Shown here one piece after another: positions 1 to 13,592 of a DNA stretch of 64,000 bases (its first letter is position 1; each line of letters begins with the position of its first letter). Below the pieces are notes generated by a model. That model made no database searches, was not told the origin of the DNA, and was given only the letters and a program-made list of their open reading frames with translations. The stretch is taken from assembly GCA_051294375.1 (NCBI GenBank), contig CM119267.1, positions 23,924,111 through 23,988,110 on the forward strand, written 5' to 3'. The DNA comes from Paraspadella gotoi (Eukaryota > Animalia > Chaetognatha). The translations under genes were made by a program, and so were the position numbers.

Positions 1-158
1 ATTCAGTAATGTAAAACAATTTTATAAATTTTTAATTTAATCTTTTTCTTATCTTTTTATACGGCCTTCCTAAAAGAAACCTCTTAAATAACCAAGAAAT
101 CTCTTTATTATATACATTATAATTATTATACATATATATTATATTATTCCGGTTCCAG

Positions 159-1278
159 GTCTCGACCAAATCGCAAGATTTTGTAGCGATTCTGATCGCA
201 ACGAACGGTTCGCTGCTTCTGTCTCAGGGAATGACAGAGAACAACACACCCCTAATGGCGTAGAAATCAAAGACTTCACGGCAAAGATCAAAACTCAAGG
301 ATCGGAACTTTCGACCTTTTGGAGACGAGGGTGAGACCCTTTTCACAATTAACACACTTAACATGTTTTTTAAGAACTAATTAATGCATAAATAAAAAAC
401 TATGAGAAACCATTTTTTCTTGCTTTGGTTTGGCGAACCTAATCCATTAAGAGATTTTCCTTCTTTCGGTTCTATTTTGAAGACCAGGCCAAGCCCGTCG
501 ATTCTGAGGCTCGCTTTATTCCGTAAAACTGACCGGTGTTTTTCCAGATCAATGGACAGATAGCATTTAATTTAGAACGCGACTTAATAAGACTTTTTTT
601 GTGTCTGCCTGTTTATTGTTCTATTGAATTTTTTAAAAAGATTATCAACTGAGCCTTGTGGAAAAAACTTGTTTCGTGTAAAAAAGTTTTTATTGTCCAA
701 GAAAGGAACAGGGAAAGGGGCGGTGACTAATATTAATAATATTAATAATACAGACTGGGAGACCGTGACTGAAAATTATTATTAATAATTTATTTTTAAT
801 TATAATTTTCCAGTTGCAAGGAAACTTTTGAACGGCGCTTTTACGGAGATGGTCAAATTCGGAAAGGGTGATCAATTTGGGGTGGAAATTCAAAAAACGA
901 CGGATATTTGGTGATTATTTTTTTGTATTTTGATATTTTTTTTCGTTGTTACATTAGCAAGGCTGGTGGTTCCGTATTAATATAACCGCAACCTAGAATT
1001 TAAATAATAACTCCGATGCTGATATGAACGTTCTCGTATTGTATATTATATTGTACGATGTATGATGGATACTTAATAGAGTATGTTTCCGAAAACCAAC
1101 CGCGTTGGGTTTTTATCCCTCAGGCGGAATTCTCTGCGAGTTACCAAAGACGTCGTCCAATGAAGGGAAGGGCGTGAACGGGAGTCGAAGGGGATCAACG
1201 ACGCCATCGGGGGTCCAGAGTGCGAGGCGAAACGCCGTGCTGTCAGTTTCTTCGAAAAGATTCAGGTCGTCGTATCAG
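159..1278 (+). CDS. Gene A: exon-like segments 159-330, 814-910 and 1124-1278 of a probable ZP-domain paralog; 5' part outside the window, frames disrupted
   Basis: AG/GT-bounded GC-richer islands. QIARFCSD, IKTQGSELSTFW, VKFGKGDQFGVEI and CEAKRRAVSFFEKIQVVVS weakly echo gene C ELIRFCVD, IDVVGTELTAW, KVTLGQSLILEV and CSAARRRS. One in-frame TGA and imperfect phase matching, so error-ridden assembly or pseudogene. Confidence 0.35.
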
Positions 1279-1338
1279 GTCGACAAAAAAACTACTAGGG
1301 TGGATGGAGGGATGGGAATGGAGTGAGATTATTGAATG

Positions 1339-1490
1339 AAATTGGTACAACGCAATATAACAATTATCCATTTCATTTAATATGTAAGGACAGGCTTTGG
1401 TGTTTAAGGCCTCCATCACTCTTACAAGATAATGACATAGCAGGGTCCCTGCAAGCTTTCAATCAAGACTCTCTCGTTTATTCACTCCCA
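1339..1490 (+). repeat. Dispersed ~180 bp repeat family R1; other copies 3992-4170 (-), 38795-38975 (-), partial 41830-41888 (-) and 51520-51595 (+)
   Basis: Shared blocks attggtacaa..caatata..aattatccattcattt and aaggcctccatcactcttacaagataatgacatagcag occur at these loci in both orientations. Confidence 0.8.
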
Positions 1491-1970
1491 AAGTAAACCT
1501 TGGCTTTCCCTATCAATAAAGTGGTATTGAGGCAGCTTTAAAGTTCTTTAATATTTCCAAAGAATGTTTCAATGTACGAAAGACTGAATGTGTAGAGGAT
1601 AGAAGTTTATTTGAATAATATTTATTAATTAAAAGTAAGTAATTTATATAAATCTGACTAATTCTGTCGAAATTCTCCTTCGGGCCCTGCCTATCTATTA
1701 AGTTGTGTTGTAAGCCTGTCCTTATAAAATTTCTTACTCACAATCAGGGCCTTCAATTCTAAGCTTGTGAACTGACCATTATTCCATTAGTAATAATCTT
1801 AAGTTGCTCTTCTACAAAATTGTTTACAAAGTCTCACTTTTGAAAATAACCTAAACTTCTCATCGCTATGGTATAGTTGAATTTTTGGTTATAATTTATA
1901 ATGTACAGACATGTCATCTATATCTCATTGGTAATTTTGGTATCCCCCCCCCTCCTCTTTCCTCCTCCAG

Positions 1971-2283
1971 ACCCCAACGAGTGCGCCAACCACTAACGAC
2001 AACGACTGTCATCGCCTGGGCCACCTGTTCCACGCCCGACTTACCTTCCATTGCGTCTGCCGACCCCGGATACGAAGACGCAACGACGTCCGCGCGCGCG
2101 GACGCGAACTGTTCTGGCCCGGCAATATACAACGACAACAACAACAACGAGGCACTTGGAGAAGGCCTATATCGCGGCCGGAACGATTCTGGCCGTCGCC
2201 GTCGTCGTCGTCGTCGTCCTTCATCGTCGTCGTTATTCTTTTGTGAAAGAAAACGGACGAAGGCTTCCTCGCCCGATGCCTAA
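1971..2283 (+). CDS. Gene A terminal exon: Ca-binding EGF domain, TM helix and short tail (several frameshifts)
   Basis: Acceptor cctccag at 1970. Stitching frames gives DPNECA..NDCH..ATC....FHCVC.PGYED....C, then AYIAAGTILAVAVVVVVVL and RKRTKASSPDA*. Same layout as the gene C last exon (DPDECASPANHDCHAHATCVN..FSCVCNAGYKD). Confidence 0.75.
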
Positions 2284-3121
2284 TCGTACAATCGCGGACC
2301 TTACGAGATGGCCGTCATTAAAAGGGCGTGGTTTACTGCGCTGCAGCTCTGCACTTTGGATAAGTACCTGCGGGCTCTCCCTAATATGGTGTTGCATGCA
2401 AGCTTAGAATTTAAAGGACGCTGCAGATCGTGCATTTTGTGGTTTCTCAACTCCAAATTCAGCTCTAAAGCTTAAGCGTTCGCTGCAGCTCGGACTTTTA
2501 AGGTTCTGCGAGCTTTGGGACTTAGGCGAAACTCCGGGATGGATTCTCAGATTGAATATAAACGAGTTTTGCAGCTCAATAATTTTTTTTTAACTCCATG
2601 GCTTGAAAACTGTTGTGGTGCTTGATTATTAATTCTGCTGCTCCAAGAAACCTGTTATTTATATTAATCTGTATTTACGCAGTTTTCTGAAAACGGTGGA
2701 GGTATGGTTAGCGCTTTACTTGTTTAGTGGCGTTATTAAGTGGTGAAAAAAGCTCTCCTAGATATATTAGTAATTGTTTGAAAATTGTCCCACTAAATGA
2801 AAATACTTACGGTGCAATATGGAAATCTAAGTTATTATAATAAATTGTAATCTTCTAAAAATCAAGTCGTTCTTCGAACTATAATTATCAATTGTTAATA
2901 TTGTCCATTGTCGTTGGCGTTTTCGTGTTTTAATTTGAGTTTGCAATAAATTTTCTAGTCTGATTGTGTTTTTAAAGGTTTGTTTTACTAAACGGTTTAA
3001 ATTCACAGTTATCTACTGTTATCTTACCAGCTTTTTTGTTGTATTATTATTTACTAATTTTATTCAGTAACATTTTTATTCTCAATACTCGGACTGTGCA
3101 AACTAGTGCAAAATGCATCCC

Positions 3122-3159
<38 letters not shown>

Positions 3160-3728
3160 CAGTTCTCTCTCCTCTCTCTCTCTCTCTCTCGTCTCTCTCT
3201 CTCTTGCATTACGATACGGATAATAGACAAAAACCGGTTTCACCACCGAATTTTTCCTGTCAGAAAACTCAGTGAAGTTAAAAAATGAAAAATAAACTAA
3301 AAAAACTGTCCTTAAGCTTAGTTAAATATACTGTCGTCGTGAAAAAATGTTTTTTTCTTCGCTTTTTTCCTAAAATTTGGATATATCTTTAAAAAGTAAT
3401 GTTATATTAGTTTTGCGAATTTTTATAAATAACGTTACTTCCTCACCAATTAATGTAACCCATTGTTCTGTCAGAATCGAATTATCGGTTTTTTATTAAA
3501 ATTTTATTCTTAAAAAAAAGTAATTCGATTTTTTCCTTTAATTCGACAAATTAAAATAAAACATTTTTTTTTTAACTTTTTTCAGTCTATATCAGGTTAC
3601 ATCAGTTTGTTTTCTATATAAAAAGAATGTAAAACCAAAAAAAAATCATGGATTTTTTTCTCATTAGCAAACAAACGAATACGGAATAAAATTAAGGAAT
3701 AAAACAAAAACAAAAGACGATAAAACAA

Positions 3729-5627
3729 ATGGCCTCTTGGAACGCTTACACGACGATGGAAAGCACAAAGAAACGTAAATACTCCTTTTATTTTCTTTTA
3801 TTAATTTGCATTAAATCCGTAAACTGACAGAAGTGCATATAATTAATTATCTCAGAAAATAAATTAGTAATAATCAAAAAATTAATATACAAATAGCAGC
3901 ATAGAAAACATAAATAAGGAAGTGTTCTTTTCATACATTTGAAACATTCTTTGAAACATTATACCACTTCATTGATTGGGAAGCCAGGTACTCTGGGAGT
4001 GAATAAAACGAGACTGTGAGGAGAGTCTTGATTGAAAGCCTTGCAGGGAGCTGCTATGTTATTATCTGTAAGAGTGATGAAGGCCTTAAACCACCTAAGC
4101 CTGTTCAAAGTCAGGGGCAAGATAGCTTATTTATTAAATGAATGGATAATTATTTATATTGGTGTACGAATATTTAATTAACAAGTAATCAAATTCCTCT
4201 CTCAAATCGATCACTCCCATCATCGCCGCCTATCCTAAACCCCCTCTCCTTTCTCCTAACAAACACCCTCTCTTTCCAAACCCTCTCCATTAAACAGCTA
4301 CCTCTCTCCTCCCGATCCTCTCGCCCCACGCCGCCGCGACAACAACAACAACAAGGACGATCGTCCCGACCCAAGATACTAACGACGATCCCGACGACGA
4401 ATACGATGATCCGTCGCCGGACGAAGCGGCTCCGGCGCGTCGGCGCGGAGACACGCCGTCGCCGCCGCCGTCAGTCCTCGCCGTCAACGATGGCGCCGAC
4501 GTCGACGACGAGACGAAATCGCCGCGAAAAGAAGCCGTTCGTCGTCGCCGTCGTCTTCGCCGTCGTCGTCTTCGCCGTGCCTGTTTTTTAATCTTGCTGG
4601 TCGGAGACGTTGGGAATGGGGGTGAGGCAAGAGGAAGGGAGGGGTGGGGGGGAAGAGGATGGTGGGAAGAGGAGGAAGAGGATGGTAGGAGAGGGGATTT
4701 AGCCGGGAAGAGGATGGTGGGTTGTAGGGGGAAGAGGAATGGTAGAAAAGAGAAAGAGGATGGTGGGAGGAGGGGGGAAGAGGATGGTTGGAATGGGAAG
4801 AGGATTGGAGAGAAGAGAAAGAGGACGGTGGGAGGAGGGGGAAGAAGAATGGTGGGTTAAGGGAGAAAGAGGATGGTGGCATGGTAAGGCATGAAAAAGT
4901 TATTAAATCTGACTTTTAGGGAGTCTTTTTGTATAAAAGTTTTACTGTCTCGGTATGGTTATGATTATTGATTATGTAGAATGGAGGGCAGAAAAACCAA
5001 TAAACAATAAATAATTAAATATGCTATAGAGGCTAGAGTCACCAATAGCTCTTATATTGTCTATTCAGTTTCTGCCAATTTCAGAAATTTTCTCTAGAAA
5101 CTTTATCCTTTGACCGATGGACAATTATTTATTTATTTATTTATTCATCTGTTTTATTTTTTATTCCAATTTCATTTCGAACTGACCTTTTGTTTCAGAC
5201 CAACTTCCCCGACTTTCTTGAGAATTTGGAACGACTCGATTTTGATGGGCGACGTTTTGAAGAATCAAAAAAGATACAAGATGCCCATCGTCTTCGGCCC
5301 CTGTGCTCATGTTTCCATGGTAACGAAACGTATAGAGGGGGACGTAGTCCTCTCTCTCTCTTCTCATCTCTCTCTCTTCTCTCTTCTCTCTCCTCATCTC
5401 TCTCTCTCTCTCTCCCCCCCCCTTTTTTCCCTACTACGACATAGTTAACTGCTTTCCTTCTCCACCGCCAGGGCGGCGGCGGGGTTTTTCGATCTCCTCT
5501 TCCTGATCTTTTGTTTGTTCTCCCTCTGTTGTCAACGAGAGAAACTCGGCGTTTTAGCCAGCGTCTTTCATCACTGGACGATTCTCGCCATGACCGTCTC
5601 ATGGGTGTTTCAGGTTGCGAGGGAGAG

Positions 5628-5683
<56 letters not shown>

Positions 5684-8198
5684 AGAGAGAGATGAACTAA
5701 AGAAGGGAGAAGAGAGAGGAAAACGCAGAAAAAGAATAACAGATAGATAGACAGATAGATAGATAGATAAATAGATAGATGAATAGGTTTATAAAAACGA
5801 GATAAAATATAACAAAAGTGCAATGAAGAATTAATTTTGATTCTTTCTTCTTCTTCCCCTCCCTCTTCTCATCCTCTTCTCCTATCGCCTCTACCTCTCC
5901 CCATCTCTCTCTCTCCTCTCCCTTTCTTCTTCCCCCGTCCTCTCTTCTCACTCTCTTCCCTCTCATCTCTCCCTCCCCATCTCTCTCTCCCTCTCCCTTT
6001 CTTCTCCCCCTCCCTCTTCTCACCTCTTCTCCCTCTCCTTTCCCTCTCTCCATCTCTACTCTTCTCCCTCTCCCTCTCCCCATCTCTCTCTCCCTCTCCT
6101 TTCTTCTTCCCCCTCCCCTCTTCTCACCCTCTTCTCCCTCTCCTTTCCCTCTCTCCATCTCTCTCTTCTCCCTCTCCCTCTCCCCATTCTCTCCCCTCTC
6201 CCTTTCTTCTTCCCCCTCCCTGTTCTCACCCTCTTCTCCTCTCCTTTCCCTCTCGCCATGTCTCTCTTCTCCCTCTCCTCTCCCCATCTCTCTCTATCTA
6301 TCCCCACTATCTCTCTCTCTCTCTCTCTCACCCCATCTCTCCTCTCTCTCGCTCTCTCACTCTCTCTCTCTCATCATCAGGTATCCTGGCTCTACGCCCT
6401 CAGCGTCGAGAAAGATTTCTTCTCGGCTTTCATTTCTTCTCATTTGTTATTCGTGTTTCTTTCGGTTGATGAGTTTCGGTCCTCGCCGTTTGGTGAGTTT
6501 TTTTTTGTTTTGTTTTTGTTTTTCAGGGGTGGGCAGAAAGAATCTAGTTTTTTAGCACTCTTTTCCTAAAGCGCCATATTTTTGTTCCTTTAATCCGGAA
6601 TTTAATTTTAACCTTAATAACTAAATACTAATATGTGTTTAAACTTTTTAAACTTATCCTTAACCCTAATCCTAAACCTATGACTCTAATCCCTAACCCC
6701 TAATCTCTAACTTATCCTACCTTAAATCCTTATCCTTAACCTCCAACCTAATCTTAACCTAAAAAAATTAACGCAATTTTCAAATTTAAGATGAAGAAGT
6801 TTCTGGGAAATTAAGTCCCAAAAATTCCACCATCCGACCACCTCCTCTAAAAGCCAACCCCCCCATCCACTCCGCCCCCCACTATAAGAGCTTAGTAGGG
6901 TGGATGACGGAAAATATCCAGGGCCTGCGCTATCGAGCCAGAACGACTACACTATAAGAGCTTAGTAGGGTGGAGGGACGGAAAATATCACGGGCTCGCT
7001 ATCGAGCCAGAACGACTACACTATAAGGCTTAGTAGGGTGGAGGACGGAAAATATCACAAGGGCCTCCTAATCGAGCCAGAACGACTACACTATAAGAGC
7101 TTAGTAGGGGTGGAGGACGGAAAATATCACAGGCGCTCGCTATCGGAGCCAGAACGACTACACTATAAGAGCTTAGTAGGGTGGAGGACGGAAAATATCA
7201 CAGGGCCTCTCGCTATCGAGCAGAACGACTCACTATAAGAGCTTAGTAGGGTGGAGGACGGAAATATCACAGGGCCTCGCTATCGAGCCAGAACGATTAA
7301 CACTATAAGACTTTAGTAGGGTGGATATACGGAAAATATCACAGGCGCTATTCGAGCCAGAACGACTACACTATAAGAGCTTAGTAGGGTGGATGACGTT
7401 AAATATACAAGGGCCTCGGCTTATCGAGCCATGAACACGCAGCTACACTAATAAGAGCTTAGTGAAAGGGTGGAGACGGAAAAANNNNNNNNNNNNNNNN
7501 NNNNNNNNNTATCACAGGGCCTCGCTATCGAGCCAGAACGACTATAGGGCCCCCCTCCCTCCCCCTTCAGGTCTTACCGTTACTACCGCCAGCTCCTCGC
7601 TCTTCTCGATCGACGTCCGCTCTCGATCTTCGCTCGCGTCGTCCACAACGGATTTTCCATCTTCGCCTTCTGGACCGGGATCCTGGCTCTCTTTCAGTTC
7701 GGGACGATGATGACCCACATGTGAGGGAAAAGTGGGCGGGAGAGGAGGAGGGGGGGGTGAAGAGAAGGCGTGGCTGAAAGTCTCGCTCTAACCGGGGAAT
7801 TGATTGATCACGGGCGGCCGTGCATTGATAGTCAGTGCACCCTGGAAGCTACACTGGAATAAATCAGAAGAGAAGCACAACGATGATCATTGATCATTGA
7901 TCAAGAACCACAGAACCTATCAGTAACCCAACCCCTCTCCTATTGTTATTAATAACTAATGATAGCTGAAAAGGAAAGGTAATGAATATTGAATAATAAA
8001 TATCGATCGATGAATAATAAATGAATAAATACGTAGTGAAATGTTTTATTTGTCAATGAATAAGAAAATAAGTATTCAATTGAATAAAAGTCCGATGATG
8101 AATATTCACGAAAGTTTCTTCCTGACAATTTGAATGAGGTGATTTAGAAACAGGGGATATAGTCAATGTGATGTTGAGATGGGGGAAGGGCTGTAGTT

Positions 8199-8250
<52 letters not shown>

Positions 8251-9165
8251 CTTCTATTTTCTATCTCACATTTCGATTGCAAGGTTCGGTTTCGACGTCG
8301 CGACGATGATGAAAGTCGTCTTGGGTCTTTGGACGGGAGAGATGATCCTCTGGTATTTGATCGACCTTACCCTCGCGGACAAGTACACGAGACACGTAAT
8401 GGGTAAGGACAACGGACGTCGTGCCTGATTGACAGGGATAGAGAGTTCGGCTTATAACAAATACCTCAGTTTTTAAACTGACAGATGTTGCTGTAGCCTA
8501 CGATTTAAACCTGCCTCACCGCTGTCCGAGGGCAGCTTGGTCTCAATAACTGAACGGGCTTAATCGTCTCAGGCCTTCGTCCCAGGTTCTGGTTTAAATA
8601 TGACTGGTTTGACCGTGCGTGTGACAAGAGTCCAACACAGAGGTTCCGAGGTCCCTGATTTAGTTGGTCAGAATTTAGGCGCCATTTAAAATGATCATGT
8701 GCCTGACAAAACACGCAAGTAAACTTTTGATTATGACGGTATGATCTGGATTCTAACTTACCTCTGGCTTATTGACAAACATAGCGTTAAAAATGACGCG
8801 ATCGGAAAACAATGATAAAAATGTTTTGTTGATCCTCAAATAATAATTAATAATATCAATTTTTTTTAATTCTTGAATCCCTTCCTTCCCATTTCTTCCT
8901 CTTCTCCCACCCATATAACTTTCTATTCCTCCCCCACCCTCCCTCCTCCCCACAAGCCCCTTACTTCCTCAACGCCGCCCTCACGATCGGACTCCTCCTC
9001 GTCAACTCCCCCCACTTCTCCTCCTCCTCCTCCTTCTCTCTCCACTTCGGCGAGGATATCTCTCTCGATTGGCTCTTCGGCCTCCACGTCGTCGCCGACG
9101 TCTTCGTCGTCGTCAAAATCGTCGCTTACGTCGTCCGTTCCATTTATTTCCCGCTGGATTCGTGA
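3729..9165 (+). CDS. Gene B: multi-pass membrane protein resembling the uncharacterised si:ch211-161h7.5-like family (PANTHER PTHR33802, recalled from memory). Exons 3729-3774, 4298-4621, 5199-5319, 5445-5613, 6381-6492, 7571-7720, 8284-8402, 8957-9165
   Basis: All exons are AG/GT-bounded. The last three join in phase: SYRYYRQLL..FARVVHNGFSIFAFWTGILALFQFGTMMTHM-FGFDVATMMKVVLGLWTGEMILWYLIDLTLADKYTRHVM-APYFLNAALTIGLLLVN..VVKIVAYVVRSIYFPLDS*. This matches the family pattern R.lvqNG..iya.W / E..lW..ld....dkY.Ry...pY. Exons 2, 4 and 5 need 1-2 nt indel corrections. Confidence 0.75.
5625..6370. repeat. (GA)n, (GATA)n and long polypyrimidine low-complexity tract in gene B intron 4
   Basis: Directly visible simple repeats; source of the spurious ER/LS-rich ORFs. 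Confidence 0.95.
6881..7545. repeat. ~68-70 bp tandem minisatellite, at least 9 copies, interrupted by an N-gap, in gene B intron 5
   Basis: Unit actataagagcttagtagggtggaggacggaaaatatcacagggcctcgctatcgagccagaacgactac repeated head-to-tail with no unique spacers. Confidence 0.95.
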
Positions 9166-9850
9166 ATCTCAGACGACATGAATATTGAACAATCGATTCT
9201 TTGCTTTATTTCTCCCCGGATTCGTGAATCTCAGACGACATGAATATTGAACAATCAATTCTTTACTTTTGATTATTTTACTCCTGGATTTATAAATATC
9301 GGGCAATGAATAAAAATTGAAAATTTAATAATCGATTCTTCACTTTGTTCATTTTCCTCTGAATTCCTGAATCTCAGACGAGGAATAATTGAATATTGAA
9401 TAAATTAATATTAAACAATATATTCTTCACTTTATCTCTCCTTGGATTCCCTAATCTCGGACAATGAATATTGAATAATCGATTCTCCGCTTTATTTACC
9501 CCTGGATTTATGAATATCAGATGATGAATATTGAACAATCAATTCTTTGTTTGATTTCTCCCTAGATTCATGAATCTTGGATGATGAATATTGAATAATT
9601 GATTCTTTACTTTCCCCCTGGATTTATAAATCTAAGATGATATGCATGATGAACAACTCTCTTTGTAAATTTCCCTCTGGAATCTTGAATCTTGGATGAT
9701 GGATTATGAATGTTAAATTTTTTTTTAATTTGTTATCTGATTGAAATCCAAAAATACATGAATCTCGACCGGACAATAAATGTCGAACTATCGCTTTTTC
9801 TCGCTTTTGGCAGTGTATAATGAATATAGATTGTAGAATAATCGATTATT
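9143..9850. repeat. Degenerate ~60 bp tandem repeat overlapping the gene B stop codon and 3'UTR
   Basis: Unit tttatttccc..ggattcgtgaatctcagacgacatgaatattgaacaatcgattct; about 11 progressively diverging copies. Confidence 0.85.
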
Positions 9851-9986
9851 TTCTGTTGATTTTTATGAATAGTATATTTAAACAAAATGTTTTTAATTTG
9901 TATTCACGCTTTGCTTTATCGACTATGTATTGCTATTGATAAAATATAATGGAAATAGTCAAATTCCTGTTCCAGATTCTTTTAAT

Positions 9987-10062
<76 letters not shown>

Positions 10063-11646
10063 GAGAAAGAAAGAAAGAAAGTAAAATAGAACATCAAGTA
10101 GAGTAATTCGCATATTTTTTCGTCAGGTGGCTGATATAAAACTTGAGCGATAACAGTAAATCCAACAAAGATCATAATTNNNNNNNNNNNNNNNNNNNNN
10201 NNNNNNNNNNNNNNNNNNNNNNNNNNNNNNNNNNNNNNNNNNNNNNNNNNNNNNNNNNNNNNNNNNNNNNNNNNNNNNNNNNNNNNNNNNNNNNNNNNNN
10301 NNNNNNNNNNNNNNNNNNNNNNNNNNNNNNNNNNNNNNNNNNNNNNNNNNNNNNNNNNNNNNNNNNNNNNNNNNNNNNNNNNNNNNNNNNNNNNNNNNNN
10401 NNNNNNNNNNNNNNNNNNNNNNNNNNNNNNNNNNNNNNNNNNNNNNNNNNNNNNNNNNNNNNNNNNNNNNNNNNNNNNNNNNNNNNNNNNNNNNNNNAAT
10501 ACTCTAATTTCCTTTCATTTATTATTATGGTCGCCAGAGTCGAAACTTTAAAGATTTCATCGTGTTTAAAGGTCACAATAAACCTTTAGTCCATAGGATC
10601 ATTCCCTTTTTGCAGAGTTATACTTTTTACTCGCGAAAAAAACGTATAATTTTAACATTGCCTAAACTTGTAATTTCATAAAATGTTTTTGCACTGACGA
10701 TGAATAGAAAACTATTCGAAACATGTATACAAATTAAAAACTAAATTAGTTGCGAAAACCAATCTTTTCTCTTGTTTAAATTTATACCAACGAAATTAAA
10801 GGAAATTAACAAACGATTTATATTGTAATAAAGTTTAGTAGTTACGTTTGAGTACGCATCAGTTTGTGGCTCTGCTTCATTATTGCTTCATTATTGCTTT
10901 TTTGAGAGCAAATGAACTTCACGGGCTCCTCTCTCTCTCTCTCTCTCTCTCTCTCNNNNNNNNNNNNNNNNNNNNNNNNNNNNNNNNNNNNNNNNNNNNN
11001 NNNNNNNNNNNNNNNNNNNNNNNNNNNNNNNNNNNNNNNNNNNNNNNNNNNNNNNNNNNNNNNNNNNNNNNNNNNNNNNNNNNNNNNNNNNNNNNNNNNN
11101 NNNNNNNNNNNNNNNNNNNTTTTTTTCTCCTAAATTCAATTTCCTCTCATCCGAAAAAAAAAAACAACAACAAATTTTGTCAGGAGATCAGATGAAACGT
11201 CCAGCGTAAATCTTACGTCCTTATGCCCTTCGATGTCATCGCTTCTCTTTCGTCCTCAAAATCACGAAAGNNNNNNNNNNNNNNNNNNNNNNNNNNNNNN
11301 NNNNNNNNNNNNNNNNNNNNNNNNNNNNNNNNNNNNNNNNNNNNNNNNNNNNNNNNNNNNNNNNNNNNNNNNNNNNNNNNNNNNNNNNNNNNNNNNNNNN
11401 NNNNNNNNNNNNNNNNNNNNNNNNNNNNNNNNNNNNNNNNNNNNNNNNNNNNNNNNNNNNNNNNNNNNNNNNNNNNNNNNNNNNNNNNNNNNNNNNNNNN
11501 NNNNNNNNNNNNNNNNNTTTCTTTCTTTCTTTCTTTCTCCGCAGTTCGACTTTTGTTTTGTCGTTTTATTTTGGTTTCGTCGATGTTTTTCTCTTTCGTC
11601 GTCCGGAGACGGCGAAGGCGTGGGCGGAAGGGAGATCTTCGTCGTT

Positions 11647-11684
<38 letters not shown>

Positions 11685-12289
11685 TTTCCATCCAAAATTG
11701 TACTCCAGAGTCCAGAATCTGTCTGGATTGCCTATGGTATTTGGTACTATATTATCCATGTATTAAATATGTCAATGGACTACTTTGTCCCCTGACTATG
11801 CAAGCTTTTACTCAATACTCAACAGTTGACGTACTATTAACAGAGCACCTGGCTTCCCTAATGATGAAGTGGCATAATCTTTTTTTGTTTCAAAGAAATA
11901 AAAAGACCACTTCCACTCCTAATGCATTTCTTTTTAAAAGAATAGTATTAAATTACTGATAATAAATTCAATTATTAGTACCCAAGAAAATTGTTTTACT
12001 CTTAACGGGCCGAGAACTCCGAACTTTCTGGCCAAACAAACTCCATGACACGCTAATCGTTGTCGTCATTGTCGTCGTCGTTGTCGACGTCGTCGCTTTC
12101 ATTGTCAGATTAATGAGCTTTCAAATTTAGAAAGCGGGAAAGGGGAAAAGAGAGAGAGAAGAAGATGAGAGAGAGAGAAGAGAGAAGAGCAGGAAGAGTG
12201 TACAATTATACAGGACAATGACAACAGATAGGGGGAGAACGAAACCAGAAAGAAAAGAAATCCGAGGTTGCAATCAAGGCAAAATTCGA

Positions 12290-13551
12290 TATTTTTTTCC
12301 ATATTTTTTTCTACCACAAGTTTGGAATAATAGATATTATCTGAATCTTTGACTTATTTAACACCACTTATCGAGAATTTCGGTTGTGATTATAACGTGA
12401 TTTTGCTTCTTTTTTAACTAGGTGGACCACGCACCATAACATTGACATGGAACCTTAAAGGTCGGTAAGAATGGTCTTATAGTTGTGAGAGGAGAGGAAA
12501 GAGAGAGAGAAAGAGAGAGATGGCCGAGAGCAGAGAGAGAGAGAGAGAGAGCAGAGAGAGAGAGAGAGAGATGAGAGAGAGAGCAGAGAAAGAGAGAGAG
12601 AGAGAGAGGAGACACGAAGAGAGAGAAGTGAATGAGCAAAGAGAGGAGGGAAGAGAGAGAGAGGAGGAGAGTGAAAACGGACAGGAGACGACGACAGACA
12701 AAGTGGAGAGAGAGAGAGAGAGAGAGAGACGAGAGAATTGAAAAAAGAGAAAATTAAAAAAAGAAGAAAAAGTTCCCCCCACCCAGGATTTGGAAGGGAG
12801 AGGAGAAAAATTGAAAAAGGAGCAGGAGCAAAGGAGAGGAGAGGGAATGGGAAGATAAGCGAGGAGAGTGGGGGGATCTCCAGAAATCTTAAAAATCAAA
12901 AATGGCCATCGAAGAGGGTCTACATCAGATGTCTGCTTGAGACCCAACGGCATAACAGAAGCGACAACGAGCATTCCTTTATGCGAACTACTGTATGGCA
13001 ATATTCTGTCGTTTTCATATTAAGGTCGTAAAAATCTACGTAAGTACTGGCTCGAATCATCTATAAAATCTGGAATATACTTTATAACTATACAAAAATA
13101 ATTCAAAAAATTCATAAATTTTATGTCTGTCCCATAATTAAGAACAGTAAACACACATTTCTTGAGTTCTTTATTTAACTTTCGTGCTACAAAAGATAAT
13201 AAAATTTTGGTAAATGTTACAACATTTAATTGTAGCAGAATTTCGACTTATATGATATGAAGCATTTCAGCGTTTATGATCTCGGGGAGTATTAAATCTA
13301 TAGACATAGATTTTAATTAGAAAAATTATAATTATTGTTTTCAAGCATTAAATTATTGTTGTAATCCTTTTTCGTTTGTAGAATTGGATTTGAAGAAAAG
13401 TTTGATTTTGTTTGTGACAACGATTTGTTTTGTATTTCAAGTTAGTCACGAACCGGACGTGTTTCGCGCTTTGATTACAAGCTTCATGAGCCAGCGTTTG
13501 GAAAGACTTGTGAATTATATTTTGTTCAAATTTGTGGCATAAAGAAGACAC

Positions 13552-13592
<41 letters not shown>

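Noticed and set aside
4290-4580. Minus-strand ORF ending in a hydrophobic GPI-like tail
   Set aside because: Antisense of gene B exon 2, which has matching splice sites and phase with exon 1 on the + strand.
6640-6765. Telomere-like taaccc repeats
   Set aside because: Short, highly degenerate and intronic; not a telomere array.
6881-7545. CRISPR-like regular array
   Set aside because: Whole units repeat with no unique spacers, there are no cas genes, and the context is a eukaryotic intron.
10143-11959. ORFs spanning N-gaps and (GTC)n runs
   Set aside because: Artefacts of unknown bases and trinucleotide repeats; no interpretable protein.
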